Source of the DNA: a virus
Reading direction: 5' to 3' (one strand)
Length of the DNA stretch: 64,000 bases
Virus record (IMG/VR): IMGVR_UViG_3300046517_002960
Location: 96,001-160,000 of that record
Shown here in pieces: positions 39,216 to 49,396 of the stretch (the stretch's first letter is position 1; each line of letters starts with the position of its first letter). The notes beneath the pieces were generated by a model that made no database searches, had not been told where the DNA came from, and saw only the letters and a list, made by a program, of their open reading frames with translations. The translations under genes were made by a program, and so were the position numbers.

Positions 39216-40894
39216 CGGCTGCTCACCCCGGTTACCAGGGTCCCCGCCCTGCTGACCCCGGTCTTCATTCCCGGCGCCGCGCTGACCCCGGACTCCGCGC
39301 CGCCCGGGGGAGCTGCCGCGCCCGCTGCGGCCCCGCCGCCTGCGCTCACCCCGGCGGAGGCGTACCCCCTGACCACGCGGGCTGGCGGCCCCGGCGCGAC
39401 CGCGGCGGCCTGGGCGGCCCCGGCCAGCGCGAGTACCCGCGGCAGCGGCTGCCCCGCGGTTCCCGTGACGGCGGCCAGCCCGGGGAAGATCAGGCGGCCG
39501 TAGGCAACCTGCACGATGGCAGGCGCGGCGCCCGTCGCGGCGGCCAGCCCGGCCAGCGCGATCTTCCCGCTGCCGGCGCCTGCCTGCGGCGCTGCTGCTG
39601 TCGCGGCAGCCAGCCCGGCGCTGACCGCGATCGCGTACCCGGCCGGGCTGAACGCTGCCCCGGCGGCGGCGGCGGGTCCCGGCTGGGCAGTCGCGAACGC
39701 GAACGTGAAGGCGGTCGCGGCCGGCGCGGCCCCGGCCGAGGCAGCCAGGCCGGCGGTTGCCGCGATCGCGTACCCGGCCGGGCTGAGCGCCGTCCCGGCA
39801 GCGGAAGCCGGCCCGGCGGTGATCGCGTTCGCGGCGGCCGGGGCGGCAGCAGCCCCGGCAGCGGCGGCCGGGCCTGCGCTGGCGGTGACCGCGTTCGCGG
39901 CGGCAGGCTGCGGCGCCGTCGCGGCCGAGCCGGCCGGGCCTGCGCTGGCGGCGACCGCGTTCGCCGCGGCCGGGGCAGGGGCGGTCGCTGCTGCCGCGGC
40001 GAGCCCGGCCGCCGCGGTTGCCTGGGCGGCGGTAGACACAGCCGGGGCCTGCGCGGTGCCCGTAGCGGCAGCGAGCCCGGTCAGCGTGGCGGTACCCGGC
40101 TGGGCAGCCGGGGCGGTAGCGGCGGTCGCGGCGAGCCGGGCAGCTGCCGCGGTCGCGGCCACCGGGAGCCCCGCGGCGCCCGCGGCGGCTGCTGCCCCGG
40201 CCGTCGCGGTGACCACAGCTGCGGGCGGCGGGCCGGATGCGGCTGCGGCGGCCAGCCCGGCAAGCCCGGCGCCCTGCGCGAAGATCACGGCAGCCGGAGC
40301 CGGTGCGGTGCCCGTCGCGGCTGCTGTCCCGGCGGTCGCGGTGACGGCCGGCCCGGCAGCAGCAGCAGCAGTCCCGCTCACGGCAGCTGCCCCGGGGGCC
40401 ACGGTGATGACTGCTGCCGGGGTGACCACTGCCGCGGGCTGCCGGGACGCCAGCGTTAGCAGGCCAGTGAACCGGGACGAGCCCGTCCCGCTCGCGCCCG
40501 CCGCGGCAGCAGCAGCCAGGCCAGCCAGCGCGATTGCGTACGGGATCCCGGTTGGCACGTACGACACTGCCAGCGCGGCGTAATCCACCGAGGCCACCGA
40601 GCCCGGCGCGGCCGATCCCTGGTCCGCGTAGATCAGCAGCCGGAGCCCGGCTAGCTGGTCCCAGGACGGCGCCGGGAACGCCACCGTGTCATAGTGGCCG
40701 GCGCTCGTGCTGGCCTGCCCGGACGCCGTGCCGATCAGGGTCCCGAACTGGTCGCGGAGCTCGTACCGCAGCGGGCTCATCCCGCCGATCGACATCCGGC
40801 AGTGAACCGACGCCGTTACCGAGTCGATCTCATCAGGCGGCACCGGGCCGGTGACCGTGAACCCGGACAGCTCGAGCGCGGGTGACGTGCTCAC
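39212..40894 (-). CDS. Ala-rich repeat fibre/decoration protein
   Basis: Repeats of AGLAAA(T/A)G(T/A)APAP after a globular N-terminus. Confidence 0.7.
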   Translation of the reverse strand: MSTSPALELSGFTVTGPVPPDEIDSVTASVHCRMSIGGMSPLRYELRDQFGTLIGTASGQASTSAGHYDTVAFPAPSWDQLAGLRLLIYADQGSAAPGSVASVDYAALAVSYVPTGIPYAIALAGLAAAAAAGASGTGSSRFTGLLTLASRQPAAVVTPAAVITVAPGAAAVSGTAAAAAGPAVTATAGTAAATGTAPAPAAVIFAQGAGLAGLAAAAASGPPPAAVVTATAGAAAAAGAAGLPVAATAAAARLAATAATAPAAQPGTATLTGLAAATGTAQAPAVSTAAQATAAAGLAAAAATAPAPAAANAVAASAGPAGSAATAPQPAAANAVTASAGPAAAAGAAAAPAAANAITAGPASAAGTALSPAGYAIAATAGLAASAGAAPAATAFTFAFATAQPGPAAAAGAAFSPAGYAIAVSAGLAAATAAAPQAGAGSGKIALAGLAAATGAAPAIVQVAYGRLIFPGLAAVTGTAGQPLPRVLALAGAAQAAAVAPGPPARVVRGYASAGVSAGGGAAAGAAAPPGGAESGVSAAPGMKTGVSRAGTLVTGVSSR

Positions 40895-43800
40895 GGCACG
40901 GCCCAGGTCGCGACGTTGCCGTCATCGGCGAGGGCGTTGCCGGGGTTGACCCAGGTCCCGGTGCCGCCCGGCAGCACAGCTGCGGCGCCGGGCGGGAACG
41001 GCCCGGACGTGACCGCGGCGCGGATCGCCGGGGCGGGCGCGGCAGCCGTGGCCGCGGCCAGCCTGGCGGAACCCGTCCCGGCCGCGGCCGTCGTGATGAC
41101 CGGCGCGGGCGCGGTTCCTGCCGCTGCGGCCAGGCCGGGCCGTGCGATGACGGCCAGCGCCGGAGCCAGGGCCGTGCCCGCCGCTGCAGCCAGCCCGGCC
41201 AGCGCGGCTGGCGATGCGGTGCCCTGCGCGGCTGTGCCCGCCGCGGCAGCCAGCCCGGCCAGCGCGGTGGCCGCTGCCGCGGGTGCCAGCCCGGTGCCTG
41301 TCGCGGCGGCTAGCCCGGCCAGGGCTGTCGCCTGGGTGACCGTGCTCACACCCGGAGCCGGGGCCGTGCCTGTCGCGGCAGCCAGCCCGGCCGGGGCTGT
41401 CGCCTGGGTGACCGTGCTCACGGCCGGAGCCAGCGCGATGCCCGCTGCCGCGGCCAGCCCGGCCAGGCCGGTAACTGCCGGCCCCGGAGCCGGCCCGGTG
41501 CCCGCCGCAGCTGCCAGCCCGGTCAGCACGGTAATAGCACGGGCCGGACCCGGGGCGGTGCCCGCTGCGGTAGCCGGCCCGGCCAGCGCATCCGGCACTG
41601 CTGTCAGGGCCGGGGCCGTACCCGTGGCGGCGGCCAGCCCGGCGGCTGCGGTGACAGCGGCAGCCGGGGCCGGGGCAGTGCCGGATGCGCTGGCCAGCCC
41701 GGCCGGCGCAACCACGTTGGAGGAAGTCGATATGACCGGGGCCGGGGCCGTGGCAGCTGCGCTGGCCAGGCCGGGCCGCCCGGCAGCGCCCGGCGCGGGA
41801 GCGGTCGCAGCTGCCTGGGCCAGGCCCGCGCTGGCGGTGACGCCAGGAACCGGCCCGGCAGCCGTGCCCGCGGCAACGGCCAGCCCGGCCAGCGAGATGG
41901 CAGCCGCAGCCGGAGCGGGAGCCGTGCCCGCCGCCACAGCCAGGCCGGCCAGTGCGGTGACCACTGCGGCCGGGGCAGGCGCGGTCGCGGCGGCCAGCCC
42001 GGCAGCGGGGGCGGCCGTGACCGCTGCGACGGGCTGCGACGCGATGCCGGCCGCGGAAGCGAGCCCGGCCGGAGCTGTCGTCTGGGTGATCGTGCTCACG
42101 CCCGGCGCGGGAGCTGTGCCCGCCGCCAGGGCCGGGCCGGCCAGCGCGGTGACGCCCGCCGCGGGAGCCGGGGCGGTACTCGTCGCCAGGGCCGGCCCGG
42201 GCAGGGCGGTAACGGTCCGGGCCGGCCCTGGCGCTGTTCCCGTCGCGGCTGCCAGCCCGGCGGGCGCAGTGACCGCTGCTGCCGGCGCGGGCGCGGAGCC
42301 CGCCGCCGCAGCCAGCCCGGCGGGCGCAGTGATAATCGCTGCCGGCGCGGACGCGGTGCCTGTCGCGGCGGCGAGCCCGGGGAATACGGTAACTGCGCTC
42401 GTTGCCGCGATGGCTGGGACAGGCGCGGTAGCAGTTGCGGTGGCCAGCCCGGCCAGGCCCGTGACGACGGACTGCGCGGCGGGCGCGGTAGCAGTTGCGG
42501 TGGCCAGCCCGGGGAGCGCGGTGACGACGGCAGCCGGGGCGGGCGCGGTGCCTGCTGCGGTGGCCAGCCCGGGGAGCGCGGTGACCTTTGCCGCCGGCGC
42601 AGGTGCGGTAGCAGTTGCGGTGGCCAGCCCGGGGAGCGCGGTGACCTTTGCCGCCGGCGCAGGTGCGGTAGCAGTGGCGGTGGCCAGTCCGGGGAACACC
42701 GTAACTGCGCTCGTTGCCGCGATGGCCGGGGCAGGCGCAGCGGCTGATGCGGTGGCTGCGCCGGGGGCCACGGTGATGGCTGCTGCCGGGGTGACCACTG
42801 CCGCGGGCTGCCGGGACGCCAGCGCCAGCAGGCCGGTGAAACGGGACGTGCCCGTACCGCTCGCGCCCGCCGCGCTGGCAGCTGCCAGGCCGGCCTGCGC
42901 GGTCACCCCGGTGACAAACGTCTCGGTCCGGGTGACCTGCGCCACTCCGGCCGCGGCGTCCCAGCCGCTGAACGTGAGCGAGATCGCGCTGCCGGTATCG
43001 GTAACGGCAACCCGGCCGTACAGCCGGCACTCCCCGCCGCTGTTGTTGTAGAACGCGGTGAACGTGCCGGTGTAGAGGCCGCCGCCCGTGTTCAGCATCG
43101 GCGCCGCGCACCAGACCGGGAACCCGCCCCAGGTGTTAGCCGCCGCGGTGGCGTACCCGACCAGGTGCGTGTCGCCGTGCCAGAGCATGACGTTGCCCAC
43201 CTGAGCCGCGTTGGCCGCGATGTAGGCGAGGATCGCCTGCCGCTCAGTGTCGTAGGACCACCACTTGTCCGGGCCGTTGGAGGTGGTCGCCGTTCCCATC
43301 CAGCCCGGGTCGGAGATGATGATCTTCAGCGGCTCGCTCTGGATGAGCTGGGTTTTCAGCCAGGCCAGCTGAGCCGCGCCCAGCATGGTCTTGGAGCTGT
43401 CGTCGGTGGCCGCACCGGGGGACCGGTCCAGGTTCCGGACGTCGGTCATGATGTACCGGATCCGGCCCGCGACCCAGGACTGGTACAGCCCGCGCGGCGG
43501 GACGCCCGCGTCACCGAGGGTGCCGAACGGGAAGACCTGCTGGGCAGCAGCTATGTTCGTAGCGGTGTACGTGTTATTCGAGTCGCCGTTGTCCGGGCCG
43601 GCCTCATGATCGGATCTACAGTAGAAGCCCCAGCGGGTGGACACCATCGACCCCAGCGACGGCACCCCGGCGATCTGCGACTCGAAGACTCCCACCTGTG
43701 TGGGAGTGTCCGTGCTGGTCGTACCGGAGTAGTCGAAGTCCCCGGTGAAGACGTTCAGGTCAGCGTCGTAGGACACCCAGTCGGTGATGGCCGCGTCCGT

Positions 43801-45702
43801 GGCCGGCGGGGTGGTCGTGTCGTTCCCGGCGATGCAGCTCGCGAACGCGACGGTGTAGCTCTGCGGTGTCCCCGTCGCGGGCAGGGTCTTAGCCTGCCCG
43901 ACCGGGCCGATCGGCGTCTCGGCGCCGCCTGCCGGGGTGTCGGCGAGCTGGAGGTAGTACCGGGTCCTCGCGGCCAGCCCGGTGACCGAGTAGCGGACGT
44001 AGCCCAGGGAGTCCGGGGCCTGCGCCGCCACGTACGACGGCGAGGTCATGGACGGGCTGAGCGAGTAAGCCAGACGGCAGGACGTGGCGCCGGACGTCTT
44101 GGCCACGGCTTGCACGCTGGACGCGGACGCCGCGCCCGCGACTACCTGCCGGACCACGCCGGGCAGCGGGACGACCGGGGCCGCCTTGATGGCGAGCAGC
44201 AGCCCGGCACTGGTCCGCGCGTTCGTCGTTGACCCGGCCTGGCTGCCGGTCGCACCCGCGGCGGGCTGGGTCACGGTGGCGATCAGCACGCCCGTGTTAG
44301 TGGTGCCGCTGCCGGAGCTGGTGGCCTGGCTGACCCCGGACGGGACGGAGTACCCGGACGGCGGCGTGATCGTGTCGGGCACGCTGCCCTGCGCGCTGGT
44401 TGCGGTCGTCGCGCCCAGCCAGGCCAGGGCGTCCCCGGAGACGGCGGTGGTGACCGACGCGGCCGTGACGGCGGTGACGGTGAGGTTGACCTGGCCGGAC
44501 CCGGGGGTGTCGGACGGGTCGAAGGGGTGGGCCGTGCTGGTGACGGGAACCACGCCGACAACCGCGCTCCAGGCGTGCGACGTGCTGATCGTCAGCGTGT
44601 AGGAGCCGCTGGCGGCGGCCTTGGCCACGTCCGTGCTGTCGGCGATCTTGGAGAACAGCTGGGCTGACATACCGGTTCCGGACACCGCGGTCTGCGCGGT
44701 AAGGCTGTCCCCGGCCTGGCTGGTCCAGGTCATCGTCGGGAACCCGCACGCCGCCCAGATGAAGATCAGGTCCCCGGCCGCGCACTGCAGCGCGGGCACC
44801 GCCAGGGTGGCGGACCCGGCGCCGGTCGTGACGCACTGCGCGGCCCGCAGCGGCGGCGGCACGACCGGTGCCGCTGCGGGCGCGGTGGCAGCGGCAGCAG
44901 CCGTCGCGGGGGCCACGGACATCGCGAACCCGGGCCGCTGGGGCAGGGTCGGCGCCCAGGGCAGGCGCTGGAAGTTCATCGGGGAGCGCAGGCCGGGCGG
45001 GATCGCCGGCGCTCCGCCCGGGTACAGCACGGGAACGGCTCCTACGACCGCGCCGGGAATGGCGACCAGCAGCGCGCCGCCGTTCTGGGCGGTGGACAGG
45101 ATGCCGGCGGGCGCGCCCGGGTCGCCGGGGCTGGCCTGGACCAGGGTGCCGACCTGGGTGCCGACGCCGGCGCCAGCGCCACCCGTGCTGACCTGGGAGC
45201 CCTGCGCGGCATAGCCCGCCGGTACGGTGATCGCGGGATAGGGCGGGGCGCCGGAGCGGTGCGCGCCGATCCAGACCAGCAGGTCCCCGGTGCCGGTGGT
45301 GGTGCCGGGGTCGTTCGACGGGATCGACGTGCCGGTGGTAGCCAGCATCGCGCCCGAGGCCGCGGGCACGGACGGGTCGAACAGCGCGGGGTCCACGCCG
45401 GACAGGGCGATCGCGGTCAGCACGACGAACCGGTTGGTGCCGCCGGTCACGCTGACGGTCAGGGTGGCGCCCTCAGTGCCGTCCGCGGCCTTCCAGAACA
45501 GCCGGGATTCGATGTTGTTCCCGATGCTGGCCGCCGCCGCGCTGAACCCGGCGGGGCCGGTGAAGGACGCCGGGGTCTGCTGTGCCACGGCCCACAGCAA
45601 GATGAGCTGCCCGTTCGCCGTGGCCGGGTTGTTTACCGCCTGACTGGCGACGGTGGCCGCGGAGGCCGCCTGGGTGATGGCGACGAGTCCCGGGGTCGGC
45701 AC
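40891..45702 (-). CDS. giant (1603 aa) virion protein: beta domains, PhoD-like metallophosphoesterase, Ala-rich repeats
   Basis: AFASC, TGDFDY, SDHE, MLGAAQLAWLK, DKWWSY, GDTH over about 42900-44150. Confidence 0.8.
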   Translation of the reverse strand: MPTPGLVAITQAASAATVASQAVNNPATANGQLILLWAVAQQTPASFTGPAGFSAAAASIGNNIESRLFWKAADGTEGATLTVSVTGGTNRFVVLTAIALSGVDPALFDPSVPAASGAMLATTGTSIPSNDPGTTTGTGDLLVWIGAHRSGAPPYPAITVPAGYAAQGSQVSTGGAGAGVGTQVGTLVQASPGDPGAPAGILSTAQNGGALLVAIPGAVVGAVPVLYPGGAPAIPPGLRSPMNFQRLPWAPTLPQRPGFAMSVAPATAAAAATAPAAAPVVPPPLRAAQCVTTGAGSATLAVPALQCAAGDLIFIWAACGFPTMTWTSQAGDSLTAQTAVSGTGMSAQLFSKIADSTDVAKAAASGSYTLTISTSHAWSAVVGVVPVTSTAHPFDPSDTPGSGQVNLTVTAVTAASVTTAVSGDALAWLGATTATSAQGSVPDTITPPSGYSVPSGVSQATSSGSGTTNTGVLIATVTQPAAGATGSQAGSTTNARTSAGLLLAIKAAPVVPLPGVVRQVVAGAASASSVQAVAKTSGATSCRLAYSLSPSMTSPSYVAAQAPDSLGYVRYSVTGLAARTRYYLQLADTPAGGAETPIGPVGQAKTLPATGTPQSYTVAFASCIAGNDTTTPPATDAAITDWVSYDADLNVFTGDFDYSGTTSTDTPTQVGVFESQIAGVPSLGSMVSTRWGFYCRSDHEAGPDNGDSNNTYTATNIAAAQQVFPFGTLGDAGVPPRGLYQSWVAGRIRYIMTDVRNLDRSPGAATDDSSKTMLGAAQLAWLKTQLIQSEPLKIIISDPGWMGTATTSNGPDKWWSYDTERQAILAYIAANAAQVGNVMLWHGDTHLVGYATAAANTWGGFPVWCAAPMLNTGGGLYTGTFTAFYNNSGGECRLYGRVAVTDTGSAISLTFSGWDAAAGVAQVTRTETFVTGVTAQAGLAAASAAGASGTGTSRFTGLLALASRQPAAVVTPAAAITVAPGAATASAAAPAPAIAATSAVTVFPGLATATATAPAPAAKVTALPGLATATATAPAPAAKVTALPGLATAAGTAPAPAAVVTALPGLATATATAPAAQSVVTGLAGLATATATAPVPAIAATSAVTVFPGLAAATGTASAPAAIITAPAGLAAAAGSAPAPAAAVTAPAGLAAATGTAPGPARTVTALPGPALATSTAPAPAAGVTALAGPALAAGTAPAPGVSTITQTTAPAGLASAAGIASQPVAAVTAAPAAGLAAATAPAPAAVVTALAGLAVAAGTAPAPAAAAISLAGLAVAAGTAAGPVPGVTASAGLAQAAATAPAPGAAGRPGLASAAATAPAPVISTSSNVVAPAGLASASGTAPAPAAAVTAAAGLAAATGTAPALTAVPDALAGPATAAGTAPGPARAITVLTGLAAAAGTGPAPGPAVTGLAGLAAAAGIALAPAVSTVTQATAPAGLAAATGTAPAPGVSTVTQATALAGLAAATGTGLAPAAAATALAGLAAAAGTAAQGTASPAALAGLAAAAGTALAPALAVIARPGLAAAAGTAPAPVITTAAAGTGSARLAAATAAAPAPAIRAAVTSGPFPPGAAAVLPGGTGTWVNPGNALADDGNVATWAVP

Positions 45703-45721
45703 CGTGCCTCACCCCCTGGTA

Positions 45722-46327
45722 TCAGCAGAGCATTTCGACGGCCCACTGCGTGAGCTGCACGGTCGCGTTCGCCCCGGCCAGCGTGCCGCGCAGGCTGAGG
45801 CCCTGCTGCTGGGTGGTGTCGACTGCCGCGTTCGTCTCGCCGGACACGCTCGGCGCGGGCAGGAAGGTCGCGTTGGCGGTGCCGATGGCGGGCGCGGTGA
45901 CGTTGGACTGGAAGGTGAACTCGCCCTGGGTGGCCACCGTGTTACCGGCGGTGGCCACGTTGGTACAGCGGATCAGGGCCTCGAATCGCCACTGGATGCC
46001 GGTCAGCGCGCCCGTGCCGGTGGTCAGCCCCGGCGTCGTGGCCAGCGTGATGTAGGTGGCGCCGGCGTTGCCGACCCGGGCGGCCAGCAGCCCGGTGAAT
46101 GTGGTGGAGGTGGCCGTGGTGGTGATGAACCCGCGGGCCGTGACCCGGATCTGGACGCCGTTCTCCCAGCCCTGGTAGAAACCTTCCGCGTTGACCTGGG
46201 CGACGTCGGCGCTGCCCCCGGTGACCGGGGACAGCGTGGCGGTGGCCGCGGTGCTCAGCGCGGCGCCGGCGCCGGAGCCGTGCGGGGTGGCCGGGGAGAG
46301 CAGCGACACCCAGTTCTGTGACGTCAT
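45722..46327 (-). CDS. virion structural protein
   Basis: Thr/Ala/Gly-rich, beta-like; within the coupled operon. Confidence 0.65.
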   Translation of the reverse strand: MTSQNWVSLLSPATPHGSGAGAALSTAATATLSPVTGGSADVAQVNAEGFYQGWENGVQIRVTARGFITTTATSTTFTGLLAARVGNAGATYITLATTPGLTTGTGALTGIQWRFEALIRCTNVATAGNTVATQGEFTFQSNVTAPAIGTANATFLPAPSVSGETNAAVDTTQQQGLSLRGTLAGANATVQLTQWAVEMLC

Positions 46328-46390
46328 CGCGGCCTCACGTTCGCTGTCTGGTTCGCCGGGTACCCGGGCATGGCTCCTCCTGGAAAACCG

Positions 46391-48169
46391 CTAGTTGATC
46401 TTGAACCCGATGCACGGGCAGGATCCGGCGGCGGTCCCGGCGGTGGCCGCCGCGCCGGCCGGGAAGGTGCCGGGCAGCACGCCGGCCGACTGGCCGGTGA
46501 GCTGCCAGGCCATCGCCTTGCCGGGGGTGCCGGCCACCCAGGCGGCGGCGGGCAGGTAGGGGGACGGGCCGTTGATGGCGCGGAGCTGGGAGGCGGTGGT
46601 GCCGAGCGCGTCGATCTTGGCCACCAGCCAGTACAAGCCGGGGTCCAGCGGCTGGTTCAGCGAGCCGCCGCCGGAGGCCGGGGACTGCTTCATCCCGGTG
46701 GTGGTGCCGAGCGCGAGCGCCCCGCCGCCAGTGAGCTCGGTGATCAGGCAGCAGGGGTACCCGGACCACAGCACGTCGTCGTAGACGGCCCACCGGATCG
46801 AGGACCCGGAGGTGGCCGGCGCGTTGATCTGCTCTACCTGCAGCCCGATCCACCGCTCGCGGCCTTCGGTGACCACGACCGGGATAGCGAACATGTGCCC
46901 GGCCACGGCGGTGTAGGCGGTGGCGTCCCACGCGCCGATCTCGGGGATGCACCACTGCCCGGACTGGCGGGGCAGCCGCATCCCGGCGGCCAGCGGCGCA
47001 TCCGTATTGAGGTAGGCGGCGTCGCCCAGCGGCCCCTCGGGGTACAGGGTCCGCACCGCGGCGATCACCGCGTCGGCGCAGCGGGCCGCGCCGTACTCGT
47101 TAGGGTGCACGCCGTCCGGGCAGATCGTGGTGGTGACCCCGGCCGGGGCTCCCGCGGGAGGGACGCCCTTGGCCAGGGCGGTGTCCAGGTCAGCTATCTG
47201 CACCATGGACCCGAACTCGGCCACCACGGCCAGCAGGTCGGCGTTGAAGTTGTTCACGTCGGCGTCCGCGCCGGCCTGGCTGCCGGACCAGGTGGGGTAC
47301 CCGGCGTAGCCGGCGGTGGTCAGCCTGGCGACGTTGCACACAATGACCGGGCCGGGGTTGTCCGCTTCCAGCCACCAGGCGTCGAACCCGACGCCGCCGC
47401 TGGCGTCCACGCTGGCAACGGTCATGATGATGGTCTTGTTAACATCGGCGGCGGTGCCCCGGACCCGGACGGTGACCGGGCAGTGCGTCCCGGCCGTCAT
47501 GATGTTGCTCACGGACAGCGGCTGGATGGCCTGCAGGGCCGGGACGACCGAGGCGGTCCCGGTGAAGGTGACGGTGCCGCCGAACACGCCGCCCGCGCCG
47601 ACGAAGGACAGCGCGATCATCTCGCCGGCGTAGTCCGCGGGCAGCGTGATGGTGCCGTTGGCGTTAGTGGTGGCGGTGGCGTTGCGGATGGTGGTCCCGC
47701 TCGCGAAGTCCTGGGTGCCGCCCGCGCTGGTCCAGCCGGCCCCCCAGGCGATGGAGGCGTCCGAGTCTTCCTTAACCGAGGTAGCCCGCCACCGGGAAAT
47801 GCAGGTGCGCAGAGCGTACTTCCAGGCCGTGCGGATCTGCGTGGTGTTGCCGGAGAACCCGATGTCGTTGATGCCCCAGCACAGCATGACACCACCGCCC
47901 TGAGCCGCGTACGGCGCGGTGCGCTGAGACTTGAGAACCTCCTGCAGCACCCGCGCGTAGCCGCCCTGAGAGCGGCCCTGCTGGACTAGCTGGGAGCCGG
48001 TCACGCAGTGGTTGCGCCAGCTGACGTGCTCGATGTCCAGCGCAGTCCGCAGCACCGCGTCCATCCGCCCCGTCTGGTACAGCGTCCCCACTGTCGTCAT
48101 CAGGTAACTGTGGCCGAACGCCTCCCAGTAGCCGGGGAGCTGGCGGACGGGAGCCGGGGTCAGCGGCAC
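46391..48169 (-). CDS. SGNH/GDSL hydrolase-domain virion protein
   Basis: FGHSY (block I), WGIND (block III), DGVHP (block V). Confidence 0.8.
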   Translation of the reverse strand: MPLTPAPVRQLPGYWEAFGHSYLMTTVGTLYQTGRMDAVLRTALDIEHVSWRNHCVTGSQLVQQGRSQGGYARVLQEVLKSQRTAPYAAQGGGVMLCWGINDIGFSGNTTQIRTAWKYALRTCISRWRATSVKEDSDASIAWGAGWTSAGGTQDFASGTTIRNATATTNANGTITLPADYAGEMIALSFVGAGGVFGGTVTFTGTASVVPALQAIQPLSVSNIMTAGTHCPVTVRVRGTAADVNKTIIMTVASVDASGGVGFDAWWLEADNPGPVIVCNVARLTTAGYAGYPTWSGSQAGADADVNNFNADLLAVVAEFGSMVQIADLDTALAKGVPPAGAPAGVTTTICPDGVHPNEYGAARCADAVIAAVRTLYPEGPLGDAAYLNTDAPLAAGMRLPRQSGQWCIPEIGAWDATAYTAVAGHMFAIPVVVTEGRERWIGLQVEQINAPATSGSSIRWAVYDDVLWSGYPCCLITELTGGGALALGTTTGMKQSPASGGGSLNQPLDPGLYWLVAKIDALGTTASQLRAINGPSPYLPAAAWVAGTPGKAMAWQLTGQSAGVLPGTFPAGAAATAGTAAGSCPCIGFKIN

Positions 48170-48179
48170 GGCGGCCTCC

Positions 48180-48572
48180 TCACGCGCATGTCGCCGCCGC
48201 GCCCAGCATCAGCCCGCCGGCGCTCATCCCGGCCCAGGACTGGGCGAGCTGGGTGAACTGGACCGGGACCTCCCACCGGTCCCCGGGGTTGAGCAGCCAG
48301 TCGTACGTGGTGCTGATGGGTATGGTGGCGTCGAACCGGATCCACACCGCGGCGGACGCCGCGCAGGACAGGATGAGCCCGACCCGGGTCACGTCCGCCG
48401 GGATCACGCCGGACAGCCCGGCTGTGGTGACCGTCCACGGCAGGTTGGACAGCGTGCCCTTGGCCGTGCCGCGCACCTCCCGCACGTACTGGTCGTAATC
48501 ACCGCTGACCTTCTGGAACGCGCGGACGAGCGTGCCGGAGCCCGCGGTGACCGGGATATCGACATCAGGCAC
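48180..48572 (-). CDS. virion structural protein
   Basis: GTGA coupling to the SGNH gene. Confidence 0.6.
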   Translation of the reverse strand: MPDVDIPVTAGSGTLVRAFQKVSGDYDQYVREVRGTAKGTLSNLPWTVTTAGLSGVIPADVTRVGLILSCAASAAVWIRFDATIPISTTYDWLLNPGDRWEVPVQFTQLAQSWAGMSAGGLMLGAAATCA

Positions 48573-48605
48573 GGGAACCCCGTCAGGTTGTCACAGTATT
48601 GACGC

Positions 48606-49109
48606 CTATACCGCTACTTGCATCAGGCCCGCAGCGTTCCACTGGATCGTGAAGGTCCCGGCCGTGACCTGCTGCACACCGCCGAAGCTGTGGAACGCGC
48701 AGCCCTGCTTGGCGACCGGGGTGGCCAGGGTGAAGTCGTAGAGCAGGTCGCCGTACACGTTCGCCAGCGTGACGTTGCCGGCGCCGCTCGTGTCGGCCCC
48801 GTCGAAGGTGATCTGGTTGGTCGCGGAGATGCCGGTTCCGGAGGTGTAGCCGCCGCCGGAGCCGGTGCCGGTCACGGTCACCCCGCCGGCCGGCCAGTTC
48901 GTGTCGGTGATCTCGTTCGCCGTGATCCACACGCCCGTGTTGTACGCCGAGGCCGCGGCGGCGACCGTCTTGTCCGGCGTCGTGGTGTTGTTGAACAGCG
49001 CCGCCTTGAACACGTCGGTGCTGTTCCACTTGCCGACGAAGCTGCCGGTCGGTGCGAGGGAGTCGGCGATCCACTGCCGGAAGATGTTGCTGTTGGCCCC
49101 GAATGCCAT
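48606..49109 (-). CDS. conserved small virion protein
   Basis: FKAALF..NEI..WPAGG..ITFDGAD..GTFTIQWNAAG pattern recalled from phage structural proteins. Confidence 0.65.
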   Translation of the reverse strand: MAFGANSNIFRQWIADSLAPTGSFVGKWNSTDVFKAALFNNTTTPDKTVAAAASAYNTGVWITANEITDTNWPAGGVTVTGTGSGGGYTSGTGISATNQITFDGADTSGAGNVTLANVYGDLLYDFTLATPVAKQGCAFHSFGGVQQVTAGTFTIQWNAAGLMQVAV

Positions 49110-49111
49110 GG

Positions 49112-49384
49112 CTAGGCCTCCTTCTCCAGCTTGTCCTCAGCAGCCAGGGCGGCGGCCTTGTCGGTCGCGGCCTGCTCCTCGATCGCGTCCGCGGAGACGT
49201 TGAGCGAGTGCGCGTGCTCGCGGGTCGCCTGCGCGGAGGCCATGGCCCCGTCGTAGTCGGCCTGGACCTGATCGCGGCGGGCCTTCGCGGCAGCCGCTGC
49301 GTCATCAGCGGGCGGGCCTTCCCCGTTGCCGAGGTGGACGTCAGGCGGCGGGGCGGCTCCGCCGGCTCCTGGGAGTTCGGGCAT
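49112..49384 (-). CDS. hypothetical helical protein
   Basis: Coupled; Ala-rich helix. Confidence 0.55.
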   Translation of the reverse strand: MPELPGAGGAAPPPDVHLGNGEGPPADDAAAAAKARRDQVQADYDGAMASAQATREHAHSLNVSADAIEEQAATDKAAALAAEDKLEKEA

Positions 49385-49396
49385 GGGGCAGCCCCT

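Noticed and set aside
39300-42900. Tandem DNA repeats as a non-coding array
   Set aside because: They are in-frame Ala-rich protein repeats with synonymous variation.
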